Virus record (IMG/VR): IMGVR_UViG_3300010371_000028
Location: 1-64,000 of that record
Strand: one strand, 5' to 3'
DNA length: 64,000 nucleotides
Source of the DNA: a virus
Part shown: one piece after another, positions 54,615 to 63,621 of the stretch
Numbering within the stretch: the first letter of the stretch is position 1
Layout of the letters: each line of letters opens with the position of its first letter
The notes under the pieces: generated by a model
The model's database searches: none
What the model was told of the DNA's origin: nothing
The model's input: only the letters and a program-made list of their open reading frames with translations
Program-made: the position numbers and the translations under genes

Positions 54615-56963
54615 CTAGCTGAGCAGCTTGACCGCCAGCTCGCGGCCGGCAGTCTTCATCAGTTCATCGAGGGCGGGAAGGGCGATCCCCTGGTCGGGGT
54701 CCTTCGCCTGCTTGACGAGCCTCACGAGCCGCTCCGTACGCGCAGCCTCGTCCCCGCCCGCGGGGACCTCCTGGCCGTCGTGCTTCGCCTTGGTGAGACT
54801 GGCCCCGGACCGCGGCGCCATCTGCGCCGGGTCGGGGGACGATTCGAACTCGGCGATCCTCGCCTCGAGGTCGCCGATGGTCTTGGTGAGGTCACCGAAC
54901 TGGTCGGCGACGAGGTCCCGGATCGTGGACTTCAACATCTCCGGGTCGATGAGGGGCCCCGCGGTGGCAGTGGCGGCCGGCGCGGCGGCTTCCTGCGCGG
55001 GGTTCGCGGCGTTGGCCATCTCGGCCTCCTTCGTGACGTGCGGGGTGACGAGGGACGCGGCGTGCGCGGCGTCGACCGGGATCGGCGTGCTCGTCGCGTT
55101 GGTCTTGCCGAACTGCTGCGGGACGGGCGCGCTCGCGGCGGGAGAAACGCCCATCGCGCCGTGCGCGGACTCGCCCATGGCGCACACGCCCGGGTGCTGG
55201 CCGGCGATGTAGTCGTGCATCGCGGCGAGGACGCCCTTGGCCTGCTCGCGGGCCGCGGTCGTGTAGTAGGTGCGCGCGTCCTTGGCCGCCGACCCGGGGG
55301 ACGCGGCTTCGCGCCCGGCCGTGATCAGAGGGCGCTTGAAGTCGTCGGGGTTCGGAACGTGGCTGGCGAGGGGGATGCGCGGCTTCTGGCCGGAGCCCGC
55401 CGTCTGGTTGGCGCGCCCGGCGGACACATACGGCCGTTCGAACTGGCCCGGGGTGATGCTGCCGGGCTTCACGTGCACGTCCGGGTAGTAGTCGGCGAAC
55501 GCCTTGCGGAGATCCGTCATGGCTTCGGCCATCAGGCCCGAGTCGGCGGCCTTCAGGACCGCGGCGAGGCTGTAGGCGTGCGAGAGGCTGGGCAGCGCCA
55601 TGGCCGCGCTGGCGGAGTCGCCGGCGGTCAACGCCGCGGAGATGGAGGCTGCGAACACGTCGGGGTCGGCGATGTGCGCGAGGCCCTTCGATACGGCGGG
55701 GTGAGCGGCGATCACGTCGTCGGCGCGGTATGCGGCGCAGGTGGCGTCGTGCAGCCGGGCCAGGTGGTAGGCGGCCGGTCCCGCAGCGCTCTTGGTGGCG
55801 TGCGCGGCCGGCGAGTCGGTCGCCTCGTCCTTGTCCTGGGCCGCAGCCGCCGTCTGCACGTCCTCGCGCACGTTCTCGAGCGCCTGGGCGACCATCTGGT
55901 CGGCCGGGTGAGTGGTCGCGTCGGGGTCCTTGGCCTGGGCGGCGAGCGCGGCGTCAGCGTCCTGCTCAAGCCGGTCGATGGCGCGTTCGACGTCCGTGTC
56001 GGCGGTAGACGGCTTGGCTGCCTTCTTCATGGCGGTGCCGCACTGGGCGCAGAACTTGTCGCTCTTGCGCATCGGGGCGTCGCATTCCGAGCAGTTGCCG
56101 GCCTTCTGCGCCTGCGCCTTCTCCGCCGAGTCGTCGTCGGAGTCGCCCTCGTCCTCGGCGTCGTCGGGCTCGCTGCCGTCGTCGCCCTCGAACGGCTTGG
56201 CCGCGCCCTTGAACGGCGGCTTGCCCTTCTCAATCTCGTCGCCGGCCTTGGCCGCAGCCGGCTCGCCTGTGGGCTCGGCGTCCTTCTTCGCGTCGTCGTC
56301 CTTCACGTCTTCGCCCTTCCACGAGTCGGGGATCTTCGCTTCGAATTCGGGCCCCTTGCGGCGGGCGATAGCCATGGCACGCTGCTTGATCTTCTCGGGG
56401 TCGCCCTTGATGTCGTGGTTCAGGTTCGGGGCGATGTCCGCGACGTCTTTCGGGGTGACGATCGGGAATGCGCGGTGCTCCGGGTCGGCGAAGTCCTCAG
56501 TCGGGATCTTGTCGCGGTCCACTCCGCCGCCGACGTTCCGATCGAAGTCCCGCTTGGCGACCTCGCGGACCGAAGGCTCTGCGGTGAGTTGCCGCTTGAG
56601 CGCGTTCAGCTTCGCCAGGTCGCGCGGGGAGAACGACACGGACACGTCCGCCGGGAGCTCCACCGTCACCGTCTCGGCCTCGATCGCCTTCGTGGCGCCC
56701 TGCGCGGGCGCTGGCGCGTCCTGGCGGTCCGGTTCGGTCATGACGGCGGCAATATGCCCCTCCTGGGTTTCTGCGGCGGCCACGTTGGCCGCCGGATTGA
56801 TCTCGGCAACGTCAAGGGCCTTCATCATGAGAATGGGGAATCCGTTTGCCGGCGTACCGACACCATCCACGCGAGTCGGGTCGAACTTCTCCAACTCGGT
56901 GATCTTCTCCAGGTCATCGCCGGCCTCCCCCTGGTTTCCGACCCCTGGAAACGCTGCGGCCAT
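54615..56963 (-). CDS. Large capsid scaffold/maturation-associated protein
   Basis: AGGAGG-N6-ATG; RVDGVGTPANGFPILMMK, a DUF6582-like FADPEHRAFPI segment, CSEC...FCAQCG ribbon, acidic/Ala-rich coils. Confidence 0.75.
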   Translation of the reverse strand: MAAAFPGVGNQGEAGDDLEKITELEKFDPTRVDGVGTPANGFPILMMKALDVAEINPAANVAAAETQEGHIAAVMTEPDRQDAPAPAQGATKAIEAETVTVELPADVSVSFSPRDLAKLNALKRQLTAEPSVREVAKRDFDRNVGGGVDRDKIPTEDFADPEHRAFPIVTPKDVADIAPNLNHDIKGDPEKIKQRAMAIARRKGPEFEAKIPDSWKGEDVKDDDAKKDAEPTGEPAAAKAGDEIEKGKPPFKGAAKPFEGDDGSEPDDAEDEGDSDDDSAEKAQAQKAGNCSECDAPMRKSDKFCAQCGTAMKKAAKPSTADTDVERAIDRLEQDADAALAAQAKDPDATTHPADQMVAQALENVREDVQTAAAAQDKDEATDSPAAHATKSAAGPAAYHLARLHDATCAAYRADDVIAAHPAVSKGLAHIADPDVFAASISAALTAGDSASAAMALPSLSHAYSLAAVLKAADSGLMAEAMTDLRKAFADYYPDVHVKPGSITPGQFERPYVSAGRANQTAGSGQKPRIPLASHVPNPDDFKRPLITAGREAASPGSAAKDARTYYTTAAREQAKGVLAAMHDYIAGQHPGVCAMGESAHGAMGVSPAASAPVPQQFGKTNATSTPIPVDAAHAASLVTPHVTKEAEMANAANPAQEAAAPAATATAGPLIDPEMLKSTIRDLVADQFGDLTKTIGDLEARIAEFESSPDPAQMAPRSGASLTKAKHDGQEVPAGGDEAARTERLVRLVKQAKDPDQGIALPALDELMKTAGRELAVKLLS

Positions 56964-57031
56964 CGTGAACCTCCTGGCGATCATTACCCTGAAACAGGGC
57001 GTGGTGGAGTTCGAATTCGGTAGAATCTGAC

Positions 57032-58516
57032 GTGGCTACCAATGCAGAGAAATCGGCGTTAGCCGAACGGGCTTTCCTGGCACGCCTCGCCGAACTTGGC
57101 GTCATGCCGGACTACGAAAAGTGGGAGGGCACGGGGCGCCCCCACAAGGCAATCTGCCGTGTGGGCCACGAGTGCTATCCGTACCCCTCCGCGATCCGCA
57201 AAGGAATCGGGCCGTGCAGAGCCTGCGCCGGGCAGGACCCGCGCATGGCAGAGGCGGCGTTCCGGAACCGCCTCGCCGAACTGGGAGCCGCCCCCGTCTA
57301 CGACACCTGGCTCGGTGCGCGCAAAGGCCATGCCGTGATCTGCAAGAACGGGCACGCGTGCCATCCGACGCCCGATGCGATCCGCGCAGGAAACGGTCCC
57401 TGCAACACCTGCGCCGGCACGAACAGTGCGGCGGCCGAACGGAACTACAAGGTCCGGCTCGCTGAACTCGGAGCCGCGCCCGCCTGGACCGCCTGGATCG
57501 GCGCCGCGAAGCCTCACAAGGTCATGTGCCCGCAAGGGCACGAATGCTCCCCGATCCCTTCGGGCGTCATGGGAGGCAAAGGCTTATGTCGGACATGCGC
57601 CCGGCTCGACCCGCTGGTAGCCGAAGTCGCATTCCGACGGCGCCTCGACGAACTCGGCGTCGTCGCCGAATGGGCAACGTGGCGCGGCAATCACGCCAAG
57701 TACCAGGCAACCTGCGCTGCCGGGCACGAGTGCTGGCCGCGCCCTGACCACTTGCGGCGAGGCGACGGGCCCTGCCGCGCCTGTGGGAAGTGCGACCCCG
57801 TCGAGGCCGAGGCCCAGACCCGGCGTCGGCTGGAAGCATCCGGCTTCACGCCGGCTTGGGAACAGTGGGTCGGTGCAGGCCGCCCCCACAAAGTAGCCTG
57901 CCCGGCCGGACACGAGTTCCCCATGTACCCGTCCGCGCTGGCGCGGAGAGGGTGTACGTGCCCTCATTGCGCCGGCACGACTCCGGAAGCGATCGAGAGC
58001 GTCTTTAGGGATGCCGTCGTGAGGCAGGGCGCCACCCCAGCGTGGGGCAGTTGGCTAGGGAGCAGCCAGGGCCACAGGGTCATCTGCAAGAACGGGCATG
58101 TGGTCTACCCCAGGCCGAACGGTGTCGGGCAGGGGCGTGGCGTCTGCCGGTTCTGCAAGGGCCGGGCTTGGGACGTCTTCTACGTCGTGGTCAACGACGT
58201 GAAGCGCGAACTGAAATTCGGGATCACGAGCGGCGACCCCCGGGGGCGCCTTGCCGTCCACAGGAACCGCGGCTTCTCGCATGTGGCCCTGATCGCCGCG
58301 ACTCCGCTGGCCCTGAAGATCGAAACCGCGACGAAGAGAGCCCTCCGCGCCGCCGGACACCGGCCCGCCCACGGCAGGGAGTACTTCGGCCTTGACGCCC
58401 TGGAAGAAGTCTTACAGGTGGCGATCAGCTACGGACTCGAAGCCGGGATCAGTCGCGAAGACTGGCCAGGGCGTCCTGGGACGGCTCTCGCCTTACGGCC
58501 GAGCCTTGCATGCTGA
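57032..58516 (+). CDS. Six tandem zinc-finger repeats plus GIY-YIG/T5orf172-like nuclease domain (free-standing homing-endonuclease-like)
   Basis: Six 62-aa C-x3-H-x15-C-x2-C repeats; C-terminal FYVV...KFGITS..PRGRL..H...IE...GREYF. Confidence 0.85.
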   Translation: MATNAEKSALAERAFLARLAELGVMPDYEKWEGTGRPHKAICRVGHECYPYPSAIRKGIGPCRACAGQDPRMAEAAFRNRLAELGAAPVYDTWLGARKGHAVICKNGHACHPTPDAIRAGNGPCNTCAGTNSAAAERNYKVRLAELGAAPAWTAWIGAAKPHKVMCPQGHECSPIPSGVMGGKGLCRTCARLDPLVAEVAFRRRLDELGVVAEWATWRGNHAKYQATCAAGHECWPRPDHLRRGDGPCRACGKCDPVEAEAQTRRRLEASGFTPAWEQWVGAGRPHKVACPAGHEFPMYPSALARRGCTCPHCAGTTPEAIESVFRDAVVRQGATPAWGSWLGSSQGHRVICKNGHVVYPRPNGVGQGRGVCRFCKGRAWDVFYVVVNDVKRELKFGITSGDPRGRLAVHRNRGFSHVALIAATPLALKIETATKRALRAAGHRPAHGREYFGLDALEEVLQVAISYGLEAGISREDWPGRPGTALALRPSLAC

Positions 58517-58973
58517 CCCCGCGGATCTTGCCGCTCTTGATGAGTTCCCAGGTCTCCGGGGTCCACTGGATCCCCAGGAGCCAGTCCCCGGACTTGATCG
58601 TCTGCGTTGTGCCGTCGGCTGCGGTCAAGTGCCAGTCGGGGCCGCGATAGACATACGATTCCACAACGTTGCCGCTGCCATCCGTGCCCTGCTGATGCCA
58701 CAGCCCCACCGAGCGCGACTTCAGCATGTAGGACCACGCCGCATCCTCGACCGCCTGCGGGCCTGCGAAGTCGCGGAAGCCGTCCGCGGCCACGCCGGCA
58801 TCCGGCTTGTTCGCTGGATACGCGACGTGCAGGGTGAAGCGGCGATCAGGCTGCGACTTCACGACGCGGGCGGCGATGCCCATGCCGTCCCATACGTCAG
58901 GCTGCGCGTCCTTGACGACTTCGCCGCCGTCGATGACCACGCGCTCGGTGCCGTCTTCGATAGTGACGCGCAG
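58449..58973 (-). CDS. XkdF-like putative prohead protease; inferred CTG start
   Basis: HVAYPA..PD..D...VEDAAWSYM...GLWH...VVESYV...GDWLLG...WELIKSGKIRGVSMQG; AGGAG-ctgcat-CTG. Confidence 0.8.
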   Translation of the reverse strand: MRVTIEDGTERVVIDGGEVVKDAQPDVWDGMGIAARVVKSQPDRRFTLHVAYPANKPDAGVAADGFRDFAGPQAVEDAAWSYMLKSRSVGLWHQQGTDGSGNVVESYVYRGPDWHLTAADGTTQTIKSGDWLLGIQWTPETWELIKSGKIRGVSMQGSAVRREPSQDALASLRD

Positions 58974-58982
58974 ATGCAGCTC

Positions 58983-59588
58983 CTACCTGGTTTCGAGCCG
59001 GGTCAGCAGTTCGGTCCAGTCCGCGAAGGCGCGGACGTTCGGGTACTGCCGCCAGGATTGAGGGGTCCACGGGCGTATCGGCGTCCACACGTCGACACCG
59101 GGCCGGGCGATGGTGAGCCACTTCGCGGGGTCATCGTCGATCAGGACGGCCGGATTCATGGGCCCTCGGGCGGCGAGCGCCATCGTTTTCGATGTGGGAC
59201 CGTCGAGGATCTGCCCGTCGCGCGGCACCGCGCTGGCGTCGAGCCACTTTTCAGTGGCGGGCGCGGTGGACGCCGGGCGGTCCGAGGCGATGAGGACCCG
59301 ATGTCCGGAAGCGCGCACGGTTCGCAGCGCCGCGATGGCTTCGCGGTCCGGGGCGAGGTTGAGGATCCACGGGTCGCGTGCGGATTGGGCGAGCAGCCAT
59401 CTCTTCTGGTCTGGCTCGAACAGGTTCACGTACGGGTAGGCGCGCATGTCCGAGACAAGATGCGAGGAGCCGAAGCGCGCGTTGACTGCGGTGCAGCCGG
59501 CTTCGACCTCCTGCGCGAGTACGTTGTCGATGTCGCACACCACGAGCGGTCGTGTCGCCTCGGCCGCGAAAACGGCACCGAGATCCAC
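58983..59588 (-). CDS. HAD-superfamily 5'(3')-nucleotidase-like phosphatase
   Basis: VVCDIDNVLA, IASDRP, VLIDDDP, FADWTEL; GGAGG SD before GTG. Confidence 0.8.
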   Translation of the reverse strand: MDLGAVFAAEATRPLVVCDIDNVLAQEVEAGCTAVNARFGSSHLVSDMRAYPYVNLFEPDQKRWLLAQSARDPWILNLAPDREAIAALRTVRASGHRVLIASDRPASTAPATEKWLDASAVPRDGQILDGPTSKTMALAARGPMNPAVLIDDDPAKWLTIARPGVDVWTPIRPWTPQSWRQYPNVRAFADWTELLTRLETR

Positions 59589-59599
59589 GCGGCCTCCCG

Positions 59600-60076
59600 T
59601 CAACGGCGGTCGTAGTCGTGCAGGTGCAGCGAGCGCTTGTGCACGTGCGGCCGATAGCCCAGGGTCCGCAGTAGCTGGGACAGGCGGGTATCGAGCCGGT
59701 GCCAGTCCTTGGCCGGGGACCCGTCGCCATCTACATCACCGAGCCGGCCCATGAGACCGGGATGGCGAGTTTTGAGCCTGCCCGCCAGTTTCACGCAGCC
59801 GAGCCCGTCCTGGAGCCACGTGTGCTCGATCCGGTACGGGCTTGTACACCACGGCCGGGCGCAGGCCCCCATGGCGGCGGTAACACCGTCGGCCGGAAGC
59901 ATGTCGTGCTCGATGAGGATCAGGTCACCTGGGCGGTCCCATTCGGCGGCGAGGAGGCGCCAGTAGGCTTCGACGTCTGCGTCGAGTTGGCAGATTCTCG
60001 CACCCTCGGCCTGCGCCCACCTGCGGGTCGCTTCGTGCAGCATGCCGGGTGCTGCCGCAACGATGGCCACCGTCAC
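59600..60076 (-). CDS. Small GT-A-like glycosyltransferase
   Basis: YWRLL..EW..PGDLILIEHDMLP...GLGCVKL...DW.RLD..L; DxD-like EHD motif. Confidence 0.6.
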   Translation of the reverse strand: MTVAIVAAAPGMLHEATRRWAQAEGARICQLDADVEAYWRLLAAEWDRPGDLILIEHDMLPADGVTAAMGACARPWCTSPYRIEHTWLQDGLGCVKLAGRLKTRHPGLMGRLGDVDGDGSPAKDWHRLDTRLSQLLRTLGYRPHVHKRSLHLHDYDRR

Positions 60077-63000
60077 ACCATGTCCGATGCGCCGAGCCGG
60101 TACCTGACCACCTCGCTGTCGCCGCGATGGACGGACAGGTGCGTGAAGGTCACGGGCAGCGCCGGCAGCGGATCCGGCAGGCTATCACCAGCATCGACGT
60201 AGGCCCTGGTGACGTGCGGATGCCAATCCGCGTGCTCGCTGGCCGAGAGGTCCGCTAGGTTCGCTCGTAGTTGCTCGGCGCCGGGGAGAGTGACTCCGGC
60301 CCATACGACGGTCTTGCCGTCGCTGGAGTCGGACGGTTCGAAGGTGCCGAGTCCCGAGACGATTCCCGTCAGCGGTCCCGGCGCGGACGCGGCGGCTCGT
60401 GCGGCGCGTGCGCACGCGAGCGCGAACGCGTCGTCGTCGACGTCAGGCCCGAGATATGCGACGGTCACATGGAAGTCGGCGACTCCGCCGGGGACCGGCT
60501 CGATCAGCGCTTCAGGCAGATCCAGCGAGATCATTCCCGATTGCGCGTTAAGACTGTATCCGCGCGCTGCTTTCACCGTGTCCGAGGAGTCCTCGGCGGG
60601 GACGAAACGGCAGGAGCAGCGGCAGTTCGGGCCGCCGAGGCACACGTTTCCTCCGAACCCGCCGTCCCCGGGCCAGCCGGGCAGCGTCTTGAGTGTGAAC
60701 GTCTTGCCCGCCCGGTCGACGCAGGGCCCGCAGTGGTCCTTCGCGTCCCCGAGTTCCCACACGATCGTGTAGGTGGGGTGCGCGTCCATCACGGTTCGGC
60801 CGTAAGCCTGGTTGTACGCCTTGTACAGGGACGCGGCGTACTGGGCGAGACGCGCCCCGATCGCGGCGAGCGACAGTCCCGCGACGACGTCCTGGATCAG
60901 CCCCATGAGGTAGCCGCGCTGCCGTTCGGCTTGCTCGCCGGCATCGTCGTCGAGGTCGTCCTCGTCGATGGGCGGAGTGTCCTCGTAGTCTCCGGACGCG
61001 TCCGTCGTGCCGGCTGCCATCGCCTTCCGGTACCCGGCGGCCATCGCCCGCACTCCGCCGTCGACGGCGTGCGGAAGGGACAGGCCCGCGTTCTTGTGGT
61101 CGCGCACCAGTTGTCCGAGGTGCGCCGCCACGGCTGCGGCAGCCGCTTCCAGGTGTCGTTCGCGCCGTTCCTGCCGCTGCTTGGCGTCGGTGGCGTCCTT
61201 CGCGGCCTTCACTGCGGCGGGCACGCCCTGCGGGAGCATCCGAGCGGCAGCTTCCACGGCTTCGACGGGAAGCGCTTCGGGTCGGAACCGGGCAAGGTCG
61301 CGGCCCTTGCGCAGGTAGCGGCCGAGGATCTCAAGCTCCGCCTTCTGTGCGGCTTGTTCGGCGGCCTGCGCCTCCGCGTCTGCTGCGCCTGCGCTGCCGG
61401 GGGTGTCCGGCAGTCTTTGCGCCGCCTCGTGCGCCGGTGTCGTCAGCGAGTCGTCCGAGACCTGCGCCGACGCGTCCGGTACGGCGCCGGGCACGCCCGG
61501 GGCCTGGGGCTGTTCGCTGGCGATCGCCGAGAGCGGTACCGGGCCGGTGGCGGTGAACACGAGCGGCACCGAGGTCTCGGGCAGCCCGAACGGCGTCCAC
61601 CCGAGTTCGCCGCGGAACTCGTCGATCGTCTGCACGCCGCCCTGGGTCAACTGCACGCCCTGGTCGATCAGCGACTGCCGGTTCTTGCCGCGGTCCGTCA
61701 GGCCCCAGGACCATTCCATGTCCTTCTGCCCGAAGACTTCCCGGATCACGAAGTCGAAGATGACGGTCTTGAGTGCCGCGCACACCGGTTCAACGCGGGT
61801 CTGCGACCCCTTGTCCGAGTTGATCTGGGAGAGTTCCTTGGATTCGGACGGCGACTGCACTGCGGAGACCCGCGGGGTGACGCCGAGGTCCATCGGCGTC
61901 AGGCCGAACGGCATCGCCACCTGGGAGATGATCCACTCATCGAACTGGTCGGCGAGCGCGACCGGCTTCTGCGCCTCGGCTTTCGACCCGGGCGGCAGCA
62001 CCACGATCCGGTGCTTCGCCCCGATGTCCCCGGCCATCGCGTTCAGCGCATCCTGCAACTGCCGGATCTGCTGCGGGGTGGAGATGTCCGGGCCCGGCGT
62101 AATGAACTGCCCGGGAATGGAGCCGTCGGTGAAGTAGTCGTTCTGGAACTGCTGACGCGCCAGACCGATCGAGATCGGGAGGAGCGCCTTCTCCACGAGC
62201 GACTGCCCGTACGGGGTGAACGCGCGCGGCGTCTCCCTCATGTAGATCAGCTGGTCGGCGCGGAAGTCCGCGACGGGCTCGCTGAGTTCTTCGAGGTCGT
62301 CCCCGTTGATGACCGACAGGAGGTCGACGCGGGGTACGCCCCACACGAACTGCTGGTAGCCCACGGCGGACGGCCTCGGCGTCTCGCCGAGCGTCGAGAT
62401 CAGCGGCCTGACGGTGGACCCGTCGATGAGGTTGAGCGCGGCGAGGTCGGAGCCGAACGGGCCGGCGCCCTTCTTGCGCGGCGGCACCAGGTGGATCGCG
62501 ACGGCGTCGAGGACGAACCGGTCTTCGAGCAGCGCGCTCAGCCACGCCCCGAGGGTCGGATACTTGGCGCGGTCGGAGTCGGGGTGGCTGAAGAAGTCGA
62601 GGACGATCGCGCGCCGCTTCTCCCAGTCGGCCCGCAGACTCTCGTCCCCGGCCATGGCGTGCTCGGCCTCAGGCGTGGGAATCACGTCGGGTTCGAGACC
62701 GATGATCTCCGCCTTGCGCTTGTCGACGCAGGAGCGGGCAACCGAGTACATGTCGGCGACGGCGCGCAGCGTCGCGAACGGCGCGAGCTTGAGTCCTTCG
62801 CTGCCCGGCTGCCCGACGGGGAGGTTGTAGCCGGGCTCGTACTGGTATCGGCGGACGTCGGGCCGGTGGGTGTCCTCGCGCGGCGGGTCGATCGGCATGG
62901 CCGTGACTGGCGCCATGGGGCCGAACGCGCCGTTGAGGAACACGGGGGCGGGCCGGGGCAGCGGCGAATACGGCACGGAGGCGCTGTAGCCCTGCCCGTA

Positions 63001-63111
63001 TGACGCGACCAGCGGCGAGAGTCCGCCCTGGCCGGTGCTGCCGCTACTGCCGGCGTTGTTCGCTGCGGCGAGTACGGCTGCCGCGATCGCGTTCCCTTTC
63101 GGCACGGCCAC
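60073..63111 (-). CDS. Portal protein fused to MuF-like and 2H-phosphoesterase domains
   Basis: Portal core (LIDGSTVRP, YGQSLVE, YFTDGSIPG), then HCGPC...GGPNCRC, then HVTVAY and HPHVTRAY. Confidence 0.9.
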   Translation of the reverse strand: MAVPKGNAIAAAVLAAANNAGSSGSTGQGGLSPLVASYGQGYSASVPYSPLPRPAPVFLNGAFGPMAPVTAMPIDPPREDTHRPDVRRYQYEPGYNLPVGQPGSEGLKLAPFATLRAVADMYSVARSCVDKRKAEIIGLEPDVIPTPEAEHAMAGDESLRADWEKRRAIVLDFFSHPDSDRAKYPTLGAWLSALLEDRFVLDAVAIHLVPPRKKGAGPFGSDLAALNLIDGSTVRPLISTLGETPRPSAVGYQQFVWGVPRVDLLSVINGDDLEELSEPVADFRADQLIYMRETPRAFTPYGQSLVEKALLPISIGLARQQFQNDYFTDGSIPGQFITPGPDISTPQQIRQLQDALNAMAGDIGAKHRIVVLPPGSKAEAQKPVALADQFDEWIISQVAMPFGLTPMDLGVTPRVSAVQSPSESKELSQINSDKGSQTRVEPVCAALKTVIFDFVIREVFGQKDMEWSWGLTDRGKNRQSLIDQGVQLTQGGVQTIDEFRGELGWTPFGLPETSVPLVFTATGPVPLSAIASEQPQAPGVPGAVPDASAQVSDDSLTTPAHEAAQRLPDTPGSAGAADAEAQAAEQAAQKAELEILGRYLRKGRDLARFRPEALPVEAVEAAARMLPQGVPAAVKAAKDATDAKQRQERRERHLEAAAAAVAAHLGQLVRDHKNAGLSLPHAVDGGVRAMAAGYRKAMAAGTTDASGDYEDTPPIDEDDLDDDAGEQAERQRGYLMGLIQDVVAGLSLAAIGARLAQYAASLYKAYNQAYGRTVMDAHPTYTIVWELGDAKDHCGPCVDRAGKTFTLKTLPGWPGDGGFGGNVCLGGPNCRCSCRFVPAEDSSDTVKAARGYSLNAQSGMISLDLPEALIEPVPGGVADFHVTVAYLGPDVDDDAFALACARAARAAASAPGPLTGIVSGLGTFEPSDSSDGKTVVWAGVTLPGAEQLRANLADLSASEHADWHPHVTRAYVDAGDSLPDPLPALPVTFTHLSVHRGDSEVVRYRLGASDMV

Positions 63112-63168
63112 CCCCGCCTGTGTGACGTGAACGGCACAAGGATCTGGCGATCGTCGGCTTGCTGCCGG

Positions 63169-63621
63169 TTACGCGGCGGCCGGTTCGTCCTGCCATGCCG
63201 CGGCTTCTTCGAGGTCTTCACGCCAGAGCACCTGGTCTTCGGGCCACTCGCCGTGCCGGAAGTAGGTGACCCGCTGCACTCGCCCGTCAGGGTGGTATTC
63301 GAGTTCGGAGACCGCCGGGCATTTGCGCGAATGAAGGCCGAGGCAGTGCGGGCAGCGCTGCTTGTCGAACACGGTGGTCTTCAACCCGGCGACGCCTGGG
63401 AAGGGCGGGGGCTCGTCGACCACCTGCAGGAGTTGGCGGGCAAGAGCAGGGTCGAGGCGCAGCGCGGCCCGGGCCGAGCCTCGCCGCCGTTCGTCGCGGC
63501 GCGCTATGTAGGCGTTCTTGGCGCGCCTGGCGTGGTGGCGGAGCCGGTGGCCGTGGCGGCCCAGCTTGTCGTAGAGGCTGCCCGGCCAGCCGAGCGGGGC
63601 GCGGATCACGTCGGTGAACGT
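63169..63621 (-). CDS. Zinc-binding hypothetical protein; inferred ACG start
   Basis: CPHCLGLHSRKCP; GAGGAGG-N5-ACG in frame, whereas the first GTG is 17 nt from the SD. Confidence 0.6.
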   Translation of the reverse strand, partial: TFTDVIRAPLGWPGSLYDKLGRHGHRLRHHARRAKNAYIARRDERRRGSARAALRLDPALARQLLQVVDEPPPFPGVAGLKTTVFDKQRCPHCLGLHSRKCPAVSELEYHPDGRVQRVTYFRHGEWPEDQVLWREDLEEAAAWQDEPAAA

